A stretch of 64,000 nucleotides of DNA from NCBI RefSeq assembly GCF_009914755.1, contig NC_060926.1; one strand, written 5' to 3'. The translations under genes were made by a program, and so were the position numbers. This stretch comes from the human T2T-CHM13v2.0 reference genome, Homo sapiens. Below are positions 1 through 13,432 of the stretch, in pieces. Positions within the stretch are counted from its first letter, which is position 1. Each line of letters starts with the position of its first letter. The notes below the pieces were generated by a model. It saw only the letters and a list, made by a program, of their open reading frames with translations, was not told the DNA's origin and ran no database searches.

Positions 1-453
1 TTTAGTTTACAATTTTTTGTAGCAATTCTTTGCAGAAAAGAAAATTTACTTTTTGTCTGGCAAAGTGCCTGGAGACACTAGCAATCTGAAATAAATTAAT
101 CCAATTTTAAGTTTTAAAATTATTTGAATTGCTTTACAATCTCTGGAAAGGCTGAACTATTTCCAACTAATCTTTAATCCCAGGATGTACCTTTCACAAA
201 TTCAACATACATTTTATCATCCAAGCAACACAAGGTTGTCAATTGCTTGGATATGTGTCCCAGCCATTGAACTTCCTTTACTCGATTAATTAATCTCCAA
301 GGAAAAAGTTTCTCAGACTTACTTCTTTGGATTTCCCTTTTACCCTGGATCTTGTTTTAGGAATGCTTCACTAACTCGTAAGCTCTCAGGGTACGCTTTT
401 ACATTTTATACAGCACTGTTGATCATGCTCAGTGAGTAGATAATTTAAAACTA

Positions 454-810
454 CATGTGGTCCATGAGTTATGATGGTTTCACTTAGGATTTTTCAAATT
501 TACAATAATGTGAAAGTGATACACACATTCAGTCGAATCTGTACAAGTACCCATACAACCATTCTGTTTTCACTTTAGTACAGTATGTAATAAATTACAT
601 GAGATAGTAACACTTTATTATAAAATACTCATTGTGTGAGATAACTTTGCCCAACTCTAGGCTAATGTAAGTGTTCTGAGCTCATTTAAGGTAAGCTAGT
701 CTAAGCAACGGTGTTTGGTAGGTTCGGTGCATTAGACGCATTTTTGGCATATGGTATTTTCAACTTACTATTGGTTTATTGGGATGTCACCCCATCATAA
801 GAGCCATCTG
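454..810 (-). mobile_element. MER47A-like MITE (TcMar-Tigger family)
   Basis: Matches the recalled MER47A reverse complement (gtacccatacaaccattctgtttttcact...gctaatgtaagtgttctgagc...catctg). Flanked by TA at 452-453 and 811-812. Confidence 0.85.
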
Positions 811-2430
811 TAGCATAGAATTGGAGGTCTTCTCTATCCTTAATTTATTAATTGTCAGATAATATTATCCCTTTATTTACTTTAAAGATCTATGAGAAGG
901 GTCAAATTAGACATTTGGGAAAGCCTTTTGAGAGTTCTCTTGTTTACAGCAATGTGTGTTCATATTCCTTTCCTCATTTGATCTGCCCAAGTTAAAGAAA
1001 TTAATCTTCTAGAGGAAGCCTTTTTTATTTTCAAAAAAACCTCATTTTGAGTAAATGAAACATTTATCTACCACAGAAACACTGTGCTGTTACAAAGAGC
1101 TATTTTAGCTTGATTTACTAAAAGATTTCTCATCTGATCTGAGATCTATGTCTTCTTGGAAGATTAAGTCAAGCTTTTTGTCTTTCTGCAAGATGACTAT
1201 AATCTGTTTCTTTCTTAATAAATATCACCATATATGTTCTAATATATTTTATGTGACTATTACATAAAGTATATTTTATGTGAATATTTATACTCTGTAG
1301 TCATCTTCTAAGAAGAAACCATAATGTTTATACATAGAAAACTATAGAGGCTGCTATGACAATCAGCATGTTCATACAGACATTTGCATCCAATGTGTGT
1401 TCCAAATATTCTTAAGTGCCTTCTAAACTGGAAGTTACAAAAAGAAGAAAGAATTAATAATAATAAAAAGTACTCAGCAGTGGTAATAAGGTGTTTTGAA
1501 GGAGATGTAGAAAAGACCAAGTACACAATTTTGAAATAATAAATTTCCAAAAGGACCTCTGCTACCAATAATAAGCATTAAGTTGGGAGAACCCTAGGCC
1601 TCTCCTTGGCTAGCTTAGTTTCTCTTAAGCTTTAGCACCTCTTCTAAATAACCAAACCCATTGTTAAATTATGTTTTCACTGAACTGTATTTAACAGAGT
1701 AACATAATATAATGCTAATGAAGATAAAAGAGATCCTGAAGTTCCCAAGCACAGTAGAGGTATATACTCCTTTCTGTAGTGATGACGGACAACTGAAAAA
1801 TGTTTGTGAAGCCATATTTGTTGATAGAGTGATATTATAATACAATGAAGAAGATTGTTCCTTAAGGGAATCATGTAGGAAGGCCATTGCTAATGGATAT
1901 AATTATCATCTGAAGATACGTAAATTTGAACTTTTATATATTGGAAATTTTTATAAAGGATTATTGTTCCATTGTGCTCATAGTAATATGAGGGTGCGTG
2001 AAAGAAAAGTGGAGTTCTCATTGAATATCTATGACTTCTGACTGTTTATCATCTGTTTCCTCTTCAATAGTAATGAAATCCCATTTTTTCCTCCATTTGG
2101 AAAACTACTCTTTGCTCATTGTACTGTCTTTACTATCCCTTCTTGAAAAAAAAAAAAAAAAGCAGGTGATCCACTTGGCCAGTCAGCCTCTCCTTTTTGG
2201 GAATTTGAATCTTGAGAAGAATGATAAGAATAACAAAATGGTTGGAACTAATTTATCCCAATAATAGTAAACCTGAAAGGCCTTGTCTGTCTACTATCCT
2301 GGTCTGGAAGACTAATGGGGTCTTTCAGGTTTGGCTATATTTCTTTTCTTTATTAGAGTCATGCCCCATCCTTCAAGTAACCTTGCCCCTTTCTTGTTTT
2401 AGTTAAATAAGAATTGTTTTCTGTTGCTTG

Positions 2431-2432
<2 letters not shown>

Positions 2433-2464
<32 letters not shown>
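2433..2464 (+). repeat. Poly(A) tract of about 32 nt after a degenerate LTR-like 3' end
   Basis: Uninterrupted A run. The preceding ttgttttctgttgcttgc resembles MLT1/LTR16-type LTR ends. Confidence 0.7.
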
Positions 2465-2470
<6 letters not shown>

Positions 2471-2774
2471 AATAACATAGGCACAAAATTGCCTAACCAA
2501 CTGGTGATTTTCATACAGTAAACACATGAAATAATAGGTAATGACTGGATTACTTGCCAAGGCTCATTTGTAAGTCTTTACCAGTCTGTCTACTTTTGCT
2601 GAACTTACCTACTGCAGTGGTTCTAAAACCTAGCTTAATATTAGAATCACTGAACTGTCAAACCACAGTTATTGCCAAGAATTCAGACACTTGGTCATGA
2701 CAATAAGTCACAAAAATTTGTTGTTTGCTTGTTTTTTGTTTTAACTCTGCAGTTTTAAGAAGCCTCCAAGCCTA

Positions 2775-2859
2775 GAAACAGATGCACCCAGATGATGTTT
2801 AATCAAATGTCTGTGCAGTCATGATCCAGTCAAGTAGGTATATACATTTAACCATCACA
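2775..2859 (-). mobile_element. MLT2-family LTR 5' fragment
   Basis: cccagatgatgtttaatcaaatgtctg...ccagtcaagt...ttaaccatcaca is the reverse complement of the MLT2 start tgtgatggttaa. Confidence 0.6.
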
Positions 2860-5800
2860 GTGTCCAATTATTAAAAATATACATTTGATAGATTATTCAC
2901 TTCCTGTCAAAAAAAGAAACACATCTATTAATCCCCTCCCATTATCCAAATGCATAATTATATCATTCCTCAGCTATAGAGTATACTATGTTAAAATTTA
3001 CTTTTTTTTCAAAACCTTTACAGGTTTGTTTTTCATAAATTGTTTAATGTTTTCTCCAACAAAATTTGAATATTTTATTTGTATATCTTGTTCTTTGTCC
3101 TATTTATTTTCTGTTTGAATTCAGTTTCCAACATGTTGTTACAGGTTTTCATTCCGTTTCTATAGCTGTTATTCTTTTTTTTTATAGTGTCAAATTTATT
3201 TCACATTCAAGAGGCACAGGTGCAGGTTTGTTACTGGGTATGTTGCATGATGGTGAAGTTTGGGGTATAATTGATTCTGTCGCTGAGCATAGTACCCAAT
3301 AGTTAGTTTTTCAACCTTTTCCCTCATCTTTTCCTCCTGCCTAGTAGTCCCCAGTTTCTATGGTTACCATCTTTATGTCCATCAGCACCCAATCCTTAGC
3401 ACCCACTTATAAGTGAGAAAGAACATGTAGCATTTGATTTTCTGTTCCTGTGTTAATTTACATAGGATAATAGCCTCCAGCTGCACCCATGTTACTGCAA
3501 AATACATGATTTTCTTCTGTGTTTTTGGCTGCATAGTATTCCATGGTGTGTATGTACCATATTTTCTTTATCCAGTCCACGTTAATGAGCACCTAGGTTG
3601 ATTCCAGCCATTGCTTTTGTGAATAGTGTTGCAATAAAAATAAGAGTGCACATGTGTCTTTTTGGTAGAACAATTTATTTACTTCTGGACATATACCTAG
3701 TAATGGGATTTCTGGGTCAAATTGTAGTTCTGTTTTCAGTTCTTTGAGAAATCTTCACTTTCCACAGTAGCTGAACTAATTTACATCCCACCAACAGTGT
3801 ATAAATGTTCCCTTTTCTAGGTAGCCACTCCAGCATCTGTTGGGTTTTGACTTTTTAATAATAGTCATTCTAATTTATGCAAGATGGTATCTCATTGTGG
3901 TTTGATTTGCATCTCTGATGATTAGTGATGTTGAGTATTTATTTAATACGTTTGCTGCTTGTGTGTCTTCTTCTGAGAAGTGTCTGTTCATATCTTTTGC
4001 CTGTTTTTAATGGAGTTATTTGTTTTTTGCTTGTTGAATTGTTTCAGCTCTTTATAGATTCTAGATAGTAAACCTCTGTCAAATGCATGATTTCTGAATA
4101 TTTCTCCCATTCTGTAGGTTGTATGTTTACTCTGTTGATATTTTAATCAAACTAAATCAGATGCTATTTAGTTTAATTAGGTCCCACTTTTCAATTTTTG
4201 TTTTCGTTGCAATTGCTTTTGAGAACTTAGTCACAAATTTTTTTCCAGGGCTAATGTCCAGAATGGTGTTTCCTAGGTTTTCTTCTAGAATTCTTATGGT
4301 TTGAGGTTTTCCATTTAAATAATTAATCCATCTTAAGATAATTTTTGTCTATGGTAGAAAGGAGACACCTAGTTTCATTCTTCTGCATATGGCTAGCCAG
4401 CTATCGCAGCACCATTTATTGAATAGGGATTCCTTTCCTCTTTGCTTTTTTTAACTGAGTTTTTCAAAGATCAGATGGTTGTAGGCATGCACCTTTATTT
4501 CTGGCTTCTCTATTCTGTTCCACTAGTACATGTGTTTGTTTTTGTACTGGTATGATGCTATTTTGGTTCCTGTAGCCTTATGGTATAATTTGAAGGTGGG
4601 TAACATGATGCTTCAAGCTTTGTTCCTTTTGCTTAGGATTGCTTTGGCAATTCAGGCTCTTTTTTGGTTCCATACAAATTTTAGGATAGTTTTTGCTAGA
4701 TCTGTGAAAAATGACGTTGGTAGCTTGATAGAAATAGCATTGAATTTGTAGATTGCTTTGGACAGTATGGCCATTTTAACAACATTGATTCTTCCAATCT
4801 ATGAGCATAGAATGTTTTTACATTTGATTATGTATTCTATTATTTCCTTGAGCACTGTTTTGTAATTCTCCTTATAGAGGTCTTTCACTTTATTGATTAG
4901 ATGTATTCTTAGGTGGGGTTTTTTGGTATCTATTGTAAATGTAATTGCATCCTTGATTTCACTCTCAGATTGAATGTTATCAATGTGTAGAAATGTACTG
5001 ATTTTTGTACACTGACTTTATATCTTGACAGTTTACTGAAGATATGTATCAGTACCAGGAGCCTTCAGGCAGAGTCTTTAGAGTTTTATAGGTATAGAAT
5101 CACATTGTCCACGAATAGGGATAATTTGACTTCTTCTTTTTCTATTTGGATGGCTTTTATTTCATCATTTTGCCTGATTGCTGTGGCTAGGAATTCCAGT
5201 ACTATGTTGAATAGGAGTGGTGAAAGCAGGCATCCTTGTCTTGTTCCAATTTTCAAGGGGAATGGTTGCAGCTTTTGCCTGTTCAGTATAATGTTGCCTG
5301 TGCTTTTGCCATAGACAGCTCTTATTATTTTGAGGCATGTTCCTTCACTGCCTAGTTTGTTGAAGGTTTATATTAAGAAGAGATGTTTAATTTTATTGAA
5401 AGCATTTTCTACATGTATTTAGATGATCATACGCTTTTTGTTTTTAATTCTGTTAATGTGGTGAATCACATTTATTGATTTGCTTATTTTGAACTAGCCT
5501 TGCATCCCAGGAATAAAGCCTATTTAATCATGAGGAAATAATCTTTTTATGTGCTGCTAAGTTTAGTATGCTAGAATTTCGTTGAGGATTTTTGTATATA
5601 TTTTCATCAAGGGTATTGGCTTTTAGTTTTCTTTTTTCATTGTGTCTTTTCCAGATTTTGATATTAGAGTAACACTGGCTTTGTAGAATGAGTCATGGGG
5701 GAGTTTCTTCTTCTCCAAGATTTGGAATAGTTTCAGTAGAATAGATAACAGCTCTTCTTTGAACATCTGGTAGAATTTGGCTATAAATCCATCTGATCCA

Positions 5801-7052
5801 GGGCTTATTTTGTTGGTAGATTTTTAATCACTTATTCAATTTCAGAACTCAATAGTGATCCATTCAGGGTTTTATTCTTCCTCATTCAAACTTGTGAGAT
5901 TGTGTGTTTCCAGCAATTTGTCCACTTCCTCTAGATTTTCTAGTTGATGTGCATAGAGGTATTCATAATAGTCTTTGAGGATGTTTTATATTTCTGTGGA
6001 ATCAGTTGTAATGTCACCTTCATTATTTTTAATTGTGCTTATTTGGATTTTCTCTCTTTTTAATTTGTTAATCTAACTTTTAATCTATCAATCCTGTTCA
6101 TCCTTTTGAATAACTAACTTTTGGTTTCACTGATTCTTTGTATAGATCTATGGTCTAAATTTCTTTCAGTTCTGCTCTTATTTATTTCTTCTGCTAGCTT
6201 TGAAATTAGTTTTTTTTTATTTTTATAGTTCCTCTAGATGTGATTTGAAATTGTTAATTGGAGATCTTTCTGACTTTTTGAGGTAGATGTTTAGTGCTAG
6301 AAACTTTCTTCTTAACACTGCTTTTGCTGCATCCTACAGATTTTGGTATATTTTGTCTCTATTTTTATTTCAAATAATTTTATATTTTTGCCTTATTTTT
6401 GTTGTTTACCCCCAAATCACACAGGAGCAAGTTGCTTAATTTCCATGTAATTGGTAGTTTTGAGTGATCTTCTTGGTATTGATTTCTACTTTTATTCCGC
6501 TGTTCTGAAGCTATGATTGGTATGATTTTGATTTTTTATAATTTATTGAGACTTGCTTTATGGCCAAGCATGTGGTTATTCTTGAAATGTGTTCCCTGTG
6601 CAGAGGAGAAGAATGTAAATTCCATGGTTGATGAGTACAGTGTTTTGTAACACATCAGTTCAATTAGTCAAGTGTCAAATTTAAGTCCAGAATTTCTTTG
6701 TTAGTTTTTTGCCTCAGTGATCTGTCTAATGCTTTTAGCGGAGTGTTGAAGTCTCCCCTATTCAACTGTGTGACTGTTTAGGTCTTTTTGTTGGCCTCAA
6801 AGTGCTTGTTTTATGAATCTGGGTGCTCCAATGTTGAATGTGTATATTACTAAGAATAGTTAAGTTTTCTTGTTGAATTGAACCCGTTATCATTTTGTAA
6901 TGCTCTTCTTTGCCCTTCATTACTGTTACTGGTTTAAGGTCTGTTTTCTTCTGATATAAGAATAGCAATCCCTGTTCTTTTTTGATTTCCATTTATGTGA
7001 GATATCTTTCTCCAACCCTTTTTGTTGAGCCTATGGATGTTATTAAATGTGA

Positions 7053-7414
<362 letters not shown>

Positions 7415-7738
7415 CTGGTCTTGTTTTTTAATCCAACATGCAACTCTGTGACTTTTAAGTGAGGTATTTAGATTATTTACGTTCAAGGTTAATATGTATA
7501 TGTGAGGTTATAAACCTATAATGAGGTTGTTTGCTGGTTGCTTCATAGTTTCTATTGTGTTGTTGCTTCATAGGGTCTGTGGGATATGCACTTAAGTGTG
7601 TTTCTATGGTAGCAGGTATCTCTATTTTGTTTCCATGGGGAGAACTCCCTTTAGGATCTCTTGTAAGGCTGGTCAAGTGATGGCAAATTCCATTAGCATG
7701 TTCACGCCTGGAAAATATTTCATTTCTCCTTCACTTAT

Positions 7739-8059
7739 TTTTTTCTTTTTTCTTTTCCCTTTTTTTTTTGGAGACAGGGTCTCTAGAGTGAGCTCTGTCA
7801 CTCAGGCTGGAGTGAAGTGGCATGATCTTGGCTCACTGCAGCCTTACCTACTGGGTACAAGTGATTCTCTTGCCTCAGCCACCTGAGTAGCTGAGATTAC
7901 AGATCTGTGCCACAATGCCTGGCTAATTTTTGTATTTTTAGTAGAGATGGGGTTTCACCATGTTACCCAGGCTGGTCTTGAACTTCTGAGCTCAAACAAT
8001 CTGCTGGCCTTGGCTTCTAAAAGTGTTGGGATTACAGGCATGAGCCACTGTGCCTGGCC
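7739..8059 (-). mobile_element. AluJ nested in L1
   Basis: J-type ctgagctcaaacaatctg. Perfect TSD tctccttcacttat at 7725-7738 and 8060-8073. Confidence 0.92.
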
Positions 8060-9443
8060 TCTCCTTCACTTATGAAGCTTAGTTTGATGGGATATGAAAT
8101 TCTCAGTTGGGATTTATTTTCTTTAAAAATGCTGGAAATAGGCCCCAATTTCTCCTGGCCAGTAAAGTTTCTCCTGAGAAGTTCTCTGTTAGCCTGATGG
8201 GGTTCCCTTGGTACAGATCTGAATTTTTTCTCTACCTGCCTTTAAGGTTTTTTTCTTCAGTGTGGACCTTGGAAAGTCTGGTAACTATATACCTTGGTGA
8301 TGTTCATTTTATATAGTATCTCACTGTTGCTCTCTGGATTTCTTGTATCTGTATGTCTATCTCTGTAGCAAGATTAGGGAAATATTTTTGAATTATTCTC
8401 ACAAATATATTTTTCAGGTTTTTTTTTAACTTTTTTTCTTTCTGAAGAATGCCAATAATTTGTAGGTTTGGTCACTTTGCATAATCCCATATTTCTTTAA
8501 ATATGGGATATATTTAAATATTTTTTCTTTATTTTTGTGTGACTGGGTTAGTTTGAAAAACTGGTCTTCAAGATCTGAAATTATTTCTCTTCTTGATCCA
8601 GTATGTTGATAAAGCTTTCAATTATATTTTAAAATTCCTTAAATGAGTTTTTCTATTCTAGAAGCTATACTTGATTTTTTTTTTTAATGTTAATCTCATC
8701 CTTCATTTCCTGGATAGATTTAGAAGTTTCATAGTGTTGATTCTCAACCTTGTACTGGATGTCATTGAGCTTCCCTGAAATCCCTGCTTTGAGTTCTTTA
8801 TCTGGACCTGCATTTCCATTTTGGCTAGGAACTATTTCCTAACCAAAATCATTTCTGCATTTCCATTTTGGTTAGGAATTATTGCTGGAGAGCTAGTGTG
8901 TTATTTTGGTGATGTCACTGCATTCATATTTTTCATGGTGGCAGACTGTTTACACTGGTTCCTTCTTATCTGGAAATGCTGGCACTTCTATTCTTTGAAA
9001 TTATTTTCATGTCAGTAGGAATGTTTCTTTTTCTTTCTCTATAGTATTGTTTTCTTTCCCTTCCTCTTTCCCCCTTTCCATAGGATTTGTGACTATAGAG
9101 AATGTTGGGTAGGGCCTTTTACCTTTGCTTTCATAGCCCTATGCACTTCCTTTAGTAGGTTTTAAATTCGGCTGTGCAGTTTGAACTACAAACCAGTAGA
9201 TGGCATCTTTGGGTAAAAGCCACCTTCAGGCAAAGAGGATGGGTATACACTTGATCTTTGTTTACTGAGAGAGACTCTCTGTTGCCTCAGGCAATTGGCT
9301 GATTTATGGAGTACACAGTAGTTTGAGCTCGTGGTCAGCCCCAAGAGGGCCACATGAGTGGGACTGGACTGTGCAGGTTTGCCTACAGATCCCCCAGTGG
9401 CAGACACAAGCACCAGCACCAGGAAGAATCTAGTGGGCAGCCA

Positions 9444-10080
9444 TCAAAGACCCAGAAGTGTGCCTGGACATGAAGATGGGAAATCTCCTTGGCCCGAAGT
9501 TCTCTACATGGGGATATGGGCAGCCTAAACTTCTAATCCAGGAGAATAGGTGCCAAATGCTGGGAGATCTGCTCAGGCATTGAGCAGAGAGAAACCCCTG
9601 CACCAGGATCTCTGCATAGGCAGGGGTGGGTGGCGACTCAGGCTGCTAGTCCATGCAAATCAGTGCTCTAAATGCCTGGAGATCTGCCTGTGTGGGAAGT
9701 GAAGAGGGCCCCATTAAATGAGGATCTCTGAATAGGAAGGGTGAGGTGGCTTAGGCTACTGATCCAGGCAAGGGGGTGTTCCAAAAATCTGGTGAATCTG
9801 CCTGGATGTGGAGTGGAGAGGGACATGCTACACCACAATCTATGTCCATAATGGGTGGGTTGGCTCAGGTGCTGATCCAGGCAATGGGGTGCTCCAAAAA
9901 CTTGGTGATCTGCCTGGGTGTGGAGCATGGGAGGATCTGCTGCATCACGATCTACGTCCATGCAGGGTAGGGTGGCTTAGACTGCTGGTCCAGGCAAGTG
10001 GGTGATCCAAATGTCTGAATTTTTACCTGTGGGTGAAGCAGAGAGGGCCCTGCTACACCATGACCTCAGGGGAGCAGGCT
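9444..10080 (-). repeat. Degenerate tandem array of ~113-bp units in the L1 5'UTR
   Basis: The unit aaatgcctggagatctgcctg...ggctgctgatccaggcaag..gtgctcc recurs near 9444, 9555, 9670, 9783, 9896 and 10008. Confidence 0.8.
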
Positions 10081-10849
10081 AGGGCACTCAGCAATAACAC
10101 AGGCATACTGGCTTTAGATTGCCAAGCTGACTTGGCTGCAACTCCCATCACCCAGGTGAAACTGGTTCTGTAGCAGCATTTCTTCCACCCCAGGCCTGCT
10201 GCTGAGGTGCTTTCCTCAGTTCTAGCTGTGAAGACTTCTACCCTGCTCCAGAGCCAATAGCTCCAATCACTGGCCCAAGACAAAAATGTCTGAACATCCA
10301 CATTGCCAGGTCGCCTAGGAATAGCTGACTTTGCATGCTCCCAGGTTAAAAACAGCTTCCTGCTGTCAGTTCTGCACCTGGGAAAATGCCTAAAGCTTTT
10401 CCCAGTGCCTTTCAGTCACAGCATCTTCAAACCTCTCCCAAGCTACAGGGATTTGGAGAAATAAAATGCCGTCCCTTAGCCTCAGTGTCTTGGATCCGCA
10501 GTGGAAAGGTGAATCACAGAGGGAGGCTCCCTGACTCTTTCACATACTGGAGCTTCACTTATTTTTATTGGCTGGATGCCATCACAGGGGCTGTTTGCCC
10601 ACACTCTCCTCCCTGTGATGTCGTGTGTCCTTCACAATTCCAGTGGATTCCTGTTTTTGAATTAAAGCTCACAGAGCTGATCTTCACGCACTATCTTGCT
10701 GTTTCCAAGTGGCCGAGGCACATGCTAAAAGCTTCTAATTTGCCATCTTGAAAAAAAAAAAACAAAAAACAAAACAGAACAAAAAAAATGGCTGTCATTC
10801 TTAATCCTTTTCCTATGACCTGGCCATTCCTTTTATTTCTCTCTTATGG

Positions 10850-11690
10850 TTGAACCCTATTTCCTGCTTCCCTTGCATTTCACTTTGTTGATTAAAAACA
10901 TCTTGAGAAAGATAGTTGGCAGGCCAAATGTTATTCTACTCTTACAATTAATTGATAGTCCAGGCATTAGTCTATTGTTCCATAGCTCCAGGGTTGCTAT
11001 GTAAAAGATTGATACCATACACAACACTGCATCACTGCTTTATGTGAGACCGATTTTCTTCCTATTGAACATTTTATACTTTTAATTTTTTGGCACCAGA
11101 GTTCTGAAATTCTATGATGATATTCTTTGCTGTGGAGCTTTCATGTTTTCCTCTTTCTCAGCCTCTTTTTCCTTTTTTCCAATTAGAAAACACAAAGAAT
11201 TAGTGCTGATTATCCAGCATTTTACAGTTCTGGGAAAATTTCTTGTGATATTTTATTGATGATTTCTCTCTTTCATTTTCTCTTATAAATGTCCTTTAGT
11301 TGGAACTCTTACATTAAATGTTCCATGTTTTTCTCCTCCTATTTTTAATTTATGGGTCCTAGATCTCTGGGGTACTTCTTCAACTTTATCCTACAGCTTT
11401 TTTTTTGCTTGTTTTTTCTCTATCTTATTTTTGTTTGTTTGTTTGTTTTTGAAGGCCTCTTTTAATTTTCTGAATATTGCTTGTTAATAGCTTTCTTTTT
11501 CTATCTAAATAGAGGGTAGGTGATTCAACTTGCCTGGCATATGAGTTTAGAATTTTTTTTATATCTCTGATAATATTATTCATGTCATTTGCATTTTTAC
11601 TGCTAGATTATTTCTATTTTCTCAGTGTTCCTCCTTTCTATTTGCATTTTGTACCTCTCTTTATCATGTTAGTTGCTTTTCTCAAAAGTT
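10850..11690 (-). mobile_element. Highly diverged L1M (L1ME-like) fragment
   Basis: T-rich antisense L1M-like phrases (ctccagggttgctatgtaaaag, cagttctgggaaaatttcttg). Confidence 0.5.
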
Positions 11691-11699
11691 TAGTGATCT

Positions 11700-11800
11700 C
11701 TGGTTGTCTACTACTGCCTAACAAATTATTCCAAACCTTAGTAGCTTAAAGCAGCAAACATTGTCTCAGTTTCTGTGGGTCAGAGTCCAAATTTGGGAGT
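11700..11800 (-). mobile_element. MLT1 LTR fragment
   Basis: taacaaattattccaaaccttagtagcttaaagcagcaaac...tctcagtttctgtgggtcag. Confidence 0.55.
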
Positions 11801-12152
11801 AGACTGCCTAGTAGTGTTCCTCTCTTTGATTGATGTGCTTGTGCCTTTTTATTCTTTTGCTGCCATTTTAATATTTTGGTAAAAAGAGAAGATATGTGCA
11901 GTTATTTTATCAGCTATGCTGAACCGTAAGTCCTGTGTTTTTTTTTCCAGAAGCCCATCAGTAGTCTTTTTATTTGTTTGTGCCTTCACACTGAAAGGAG
12001 GAAAGCTTTATCCAGATATTGTGTTGGTCAAAAGTTAGCATGTATAGATTATCTTTTCTCTGCTTAATTCTACAAGAGTCCCAGTTGGTAAGTACAACAT
12101 TTATTCCTATTTTCAAGCTTATGAGACATTTGACTACTGTAGTTTGGCTAGA

Positions 12153-12155
<3 letters not shown>

Positions 12156-12200
<45 letters not shown>

Positions 12201-12243
12201 CACATATATATACATACACACATACACATATATATACATATAT

Positions 12244-12287
<44 letters not shown>
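12156..12287. repeat. Compound (TA)n-(CA/TA)n-(TA)n microsatellite
   Basis: Directly visible. Confidence 0.97.
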
Positions 12288-12290
<3 letters not shown>

Positions 12291-12321
12291 ATGCCCTCAC
12301 TGCCCTGTTTCCCTGTTTTCC

Positions 12322-12610
12322 TTTTTTTTTTTGAGATGGAGTCTTGCTCTGTCACTAGGCTCGAGTGCAGTGGCACAATCTAGGCTCACTGTAACTTCCT
12401 CCCAGGTTCAAGAGATTCTCCTGCCTCAGCCTCCTGAGTAGCTGGGATTACAGGCATGTGCCACAACACCCAGTTAATTTTTATGTTTTTAGTAGAGACA
12501 AGGTTTTGCCATGTTGGGCAGGCTGGTCTCGAACTCCTGACCTCAGATGATCTGCCAGCCTTGGCCTCCCAAAGTGCTGGGATTACAAGTGTGAGCCACT
12601 GTTTCCAGCC
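12322..12610 (-). mobile_element. AluS (Sx/Sz-like)
   Basis: Poly(T) followed by gagatggagtcttgctctg...ctcgaactcctgacctcagatgatc...gtgagccactg. Confidence 0.93.
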
Positions 12611-13136
12611 TCAGTTTTCTAACACCAAGAATTAACACTGAATATTTTAAAAGCTACCCTTCTCAGAATACTACAAGGGCACATTATTTCTTTGCTTGTC
12701 AGAAAAACTCTTTTTAAGGAAGCAATGAACCATTACAGCTGGATGCAAAAGGAAGTTCTTATCCTGTTTTTGTTTTATGTCTTTGAGAGTAATGATCCAT
12801 GAATGAGAACGTATAGTAAAGTACTGATTAGGTAGAATGTGAGAACACCTAATATTCAAAAACAAATATCCAAATACAGGAGATATAATTGGTATATTCT
12901 GTTGGCACAGAGCTTGCAACTTTATTCCTAGAGCACATGTAAAGATACTGAATTATGCTGGTTATAAGTAATTATTTCAGATATGGACATTATATTGCTA
13001 AAAATAATGTAAATTGTTTGAAGATATAGATAATTTCTTACACAATATTTTCTATGTTTCCTAAAAGTACAGTATCCTACAGAACTTGGCAAGCATTATG
13101 TAAACACAAACATAATAGAGACTGACTTGAAATTCA

Positions 13137-13432
13137 GCCAGGCATGGTGGCTCATGCCTATTGTTCCAGCACTTTGCGAGGCTGAGGTGGTAGTATTGTT
13201 TGCATCCAGGAGTTTGAGACCAGCCTGCGCAACAAAGCGAGACCCTATCTCTACAAAATATTTTAAAAATTATCTGGGTGTGGTGGCATGCACCTGTAGT
13301 CTCAGCTACTCAGGAGGCTGAGGTGGGAGGCTCCCTTGAGCCCAAGAGTTTGAGGCTGCAGTGAGCTATGATTACACCACTACACTCTAGTTTGGGCAAC
13401 AAAGTGAGACCCTGTGTTTTTTTGTTTTTTAA
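13137..13432 (+). mobile_element. AluJ with a T-rich rather than A-rich tail
   Basis: J-type cccttgagcccaagagtttgaggctgcagtgagctatgat. gaaattca flanks it at 13129-13136 and 13433-13440. Confidence 0.9.

Noticed and set aside
2146-2464. Two poly(A) runs as a processed-pseudogene tail
   Set aside because: No TSD or coding sequence is evident, and the intervening DNA looks like a degenerate LTR.
9444-10080. Regularly spaced repeats as a CRISPR-like array
   Set aside because: The units are homologous over their whole length with no unique spacers, and they lie inside a eukaryotic L1 5'UTR.
12134-12383. YI-repeat ORFs on both strands
   Set aside because: Artefact of the TA/CA microsatellite.
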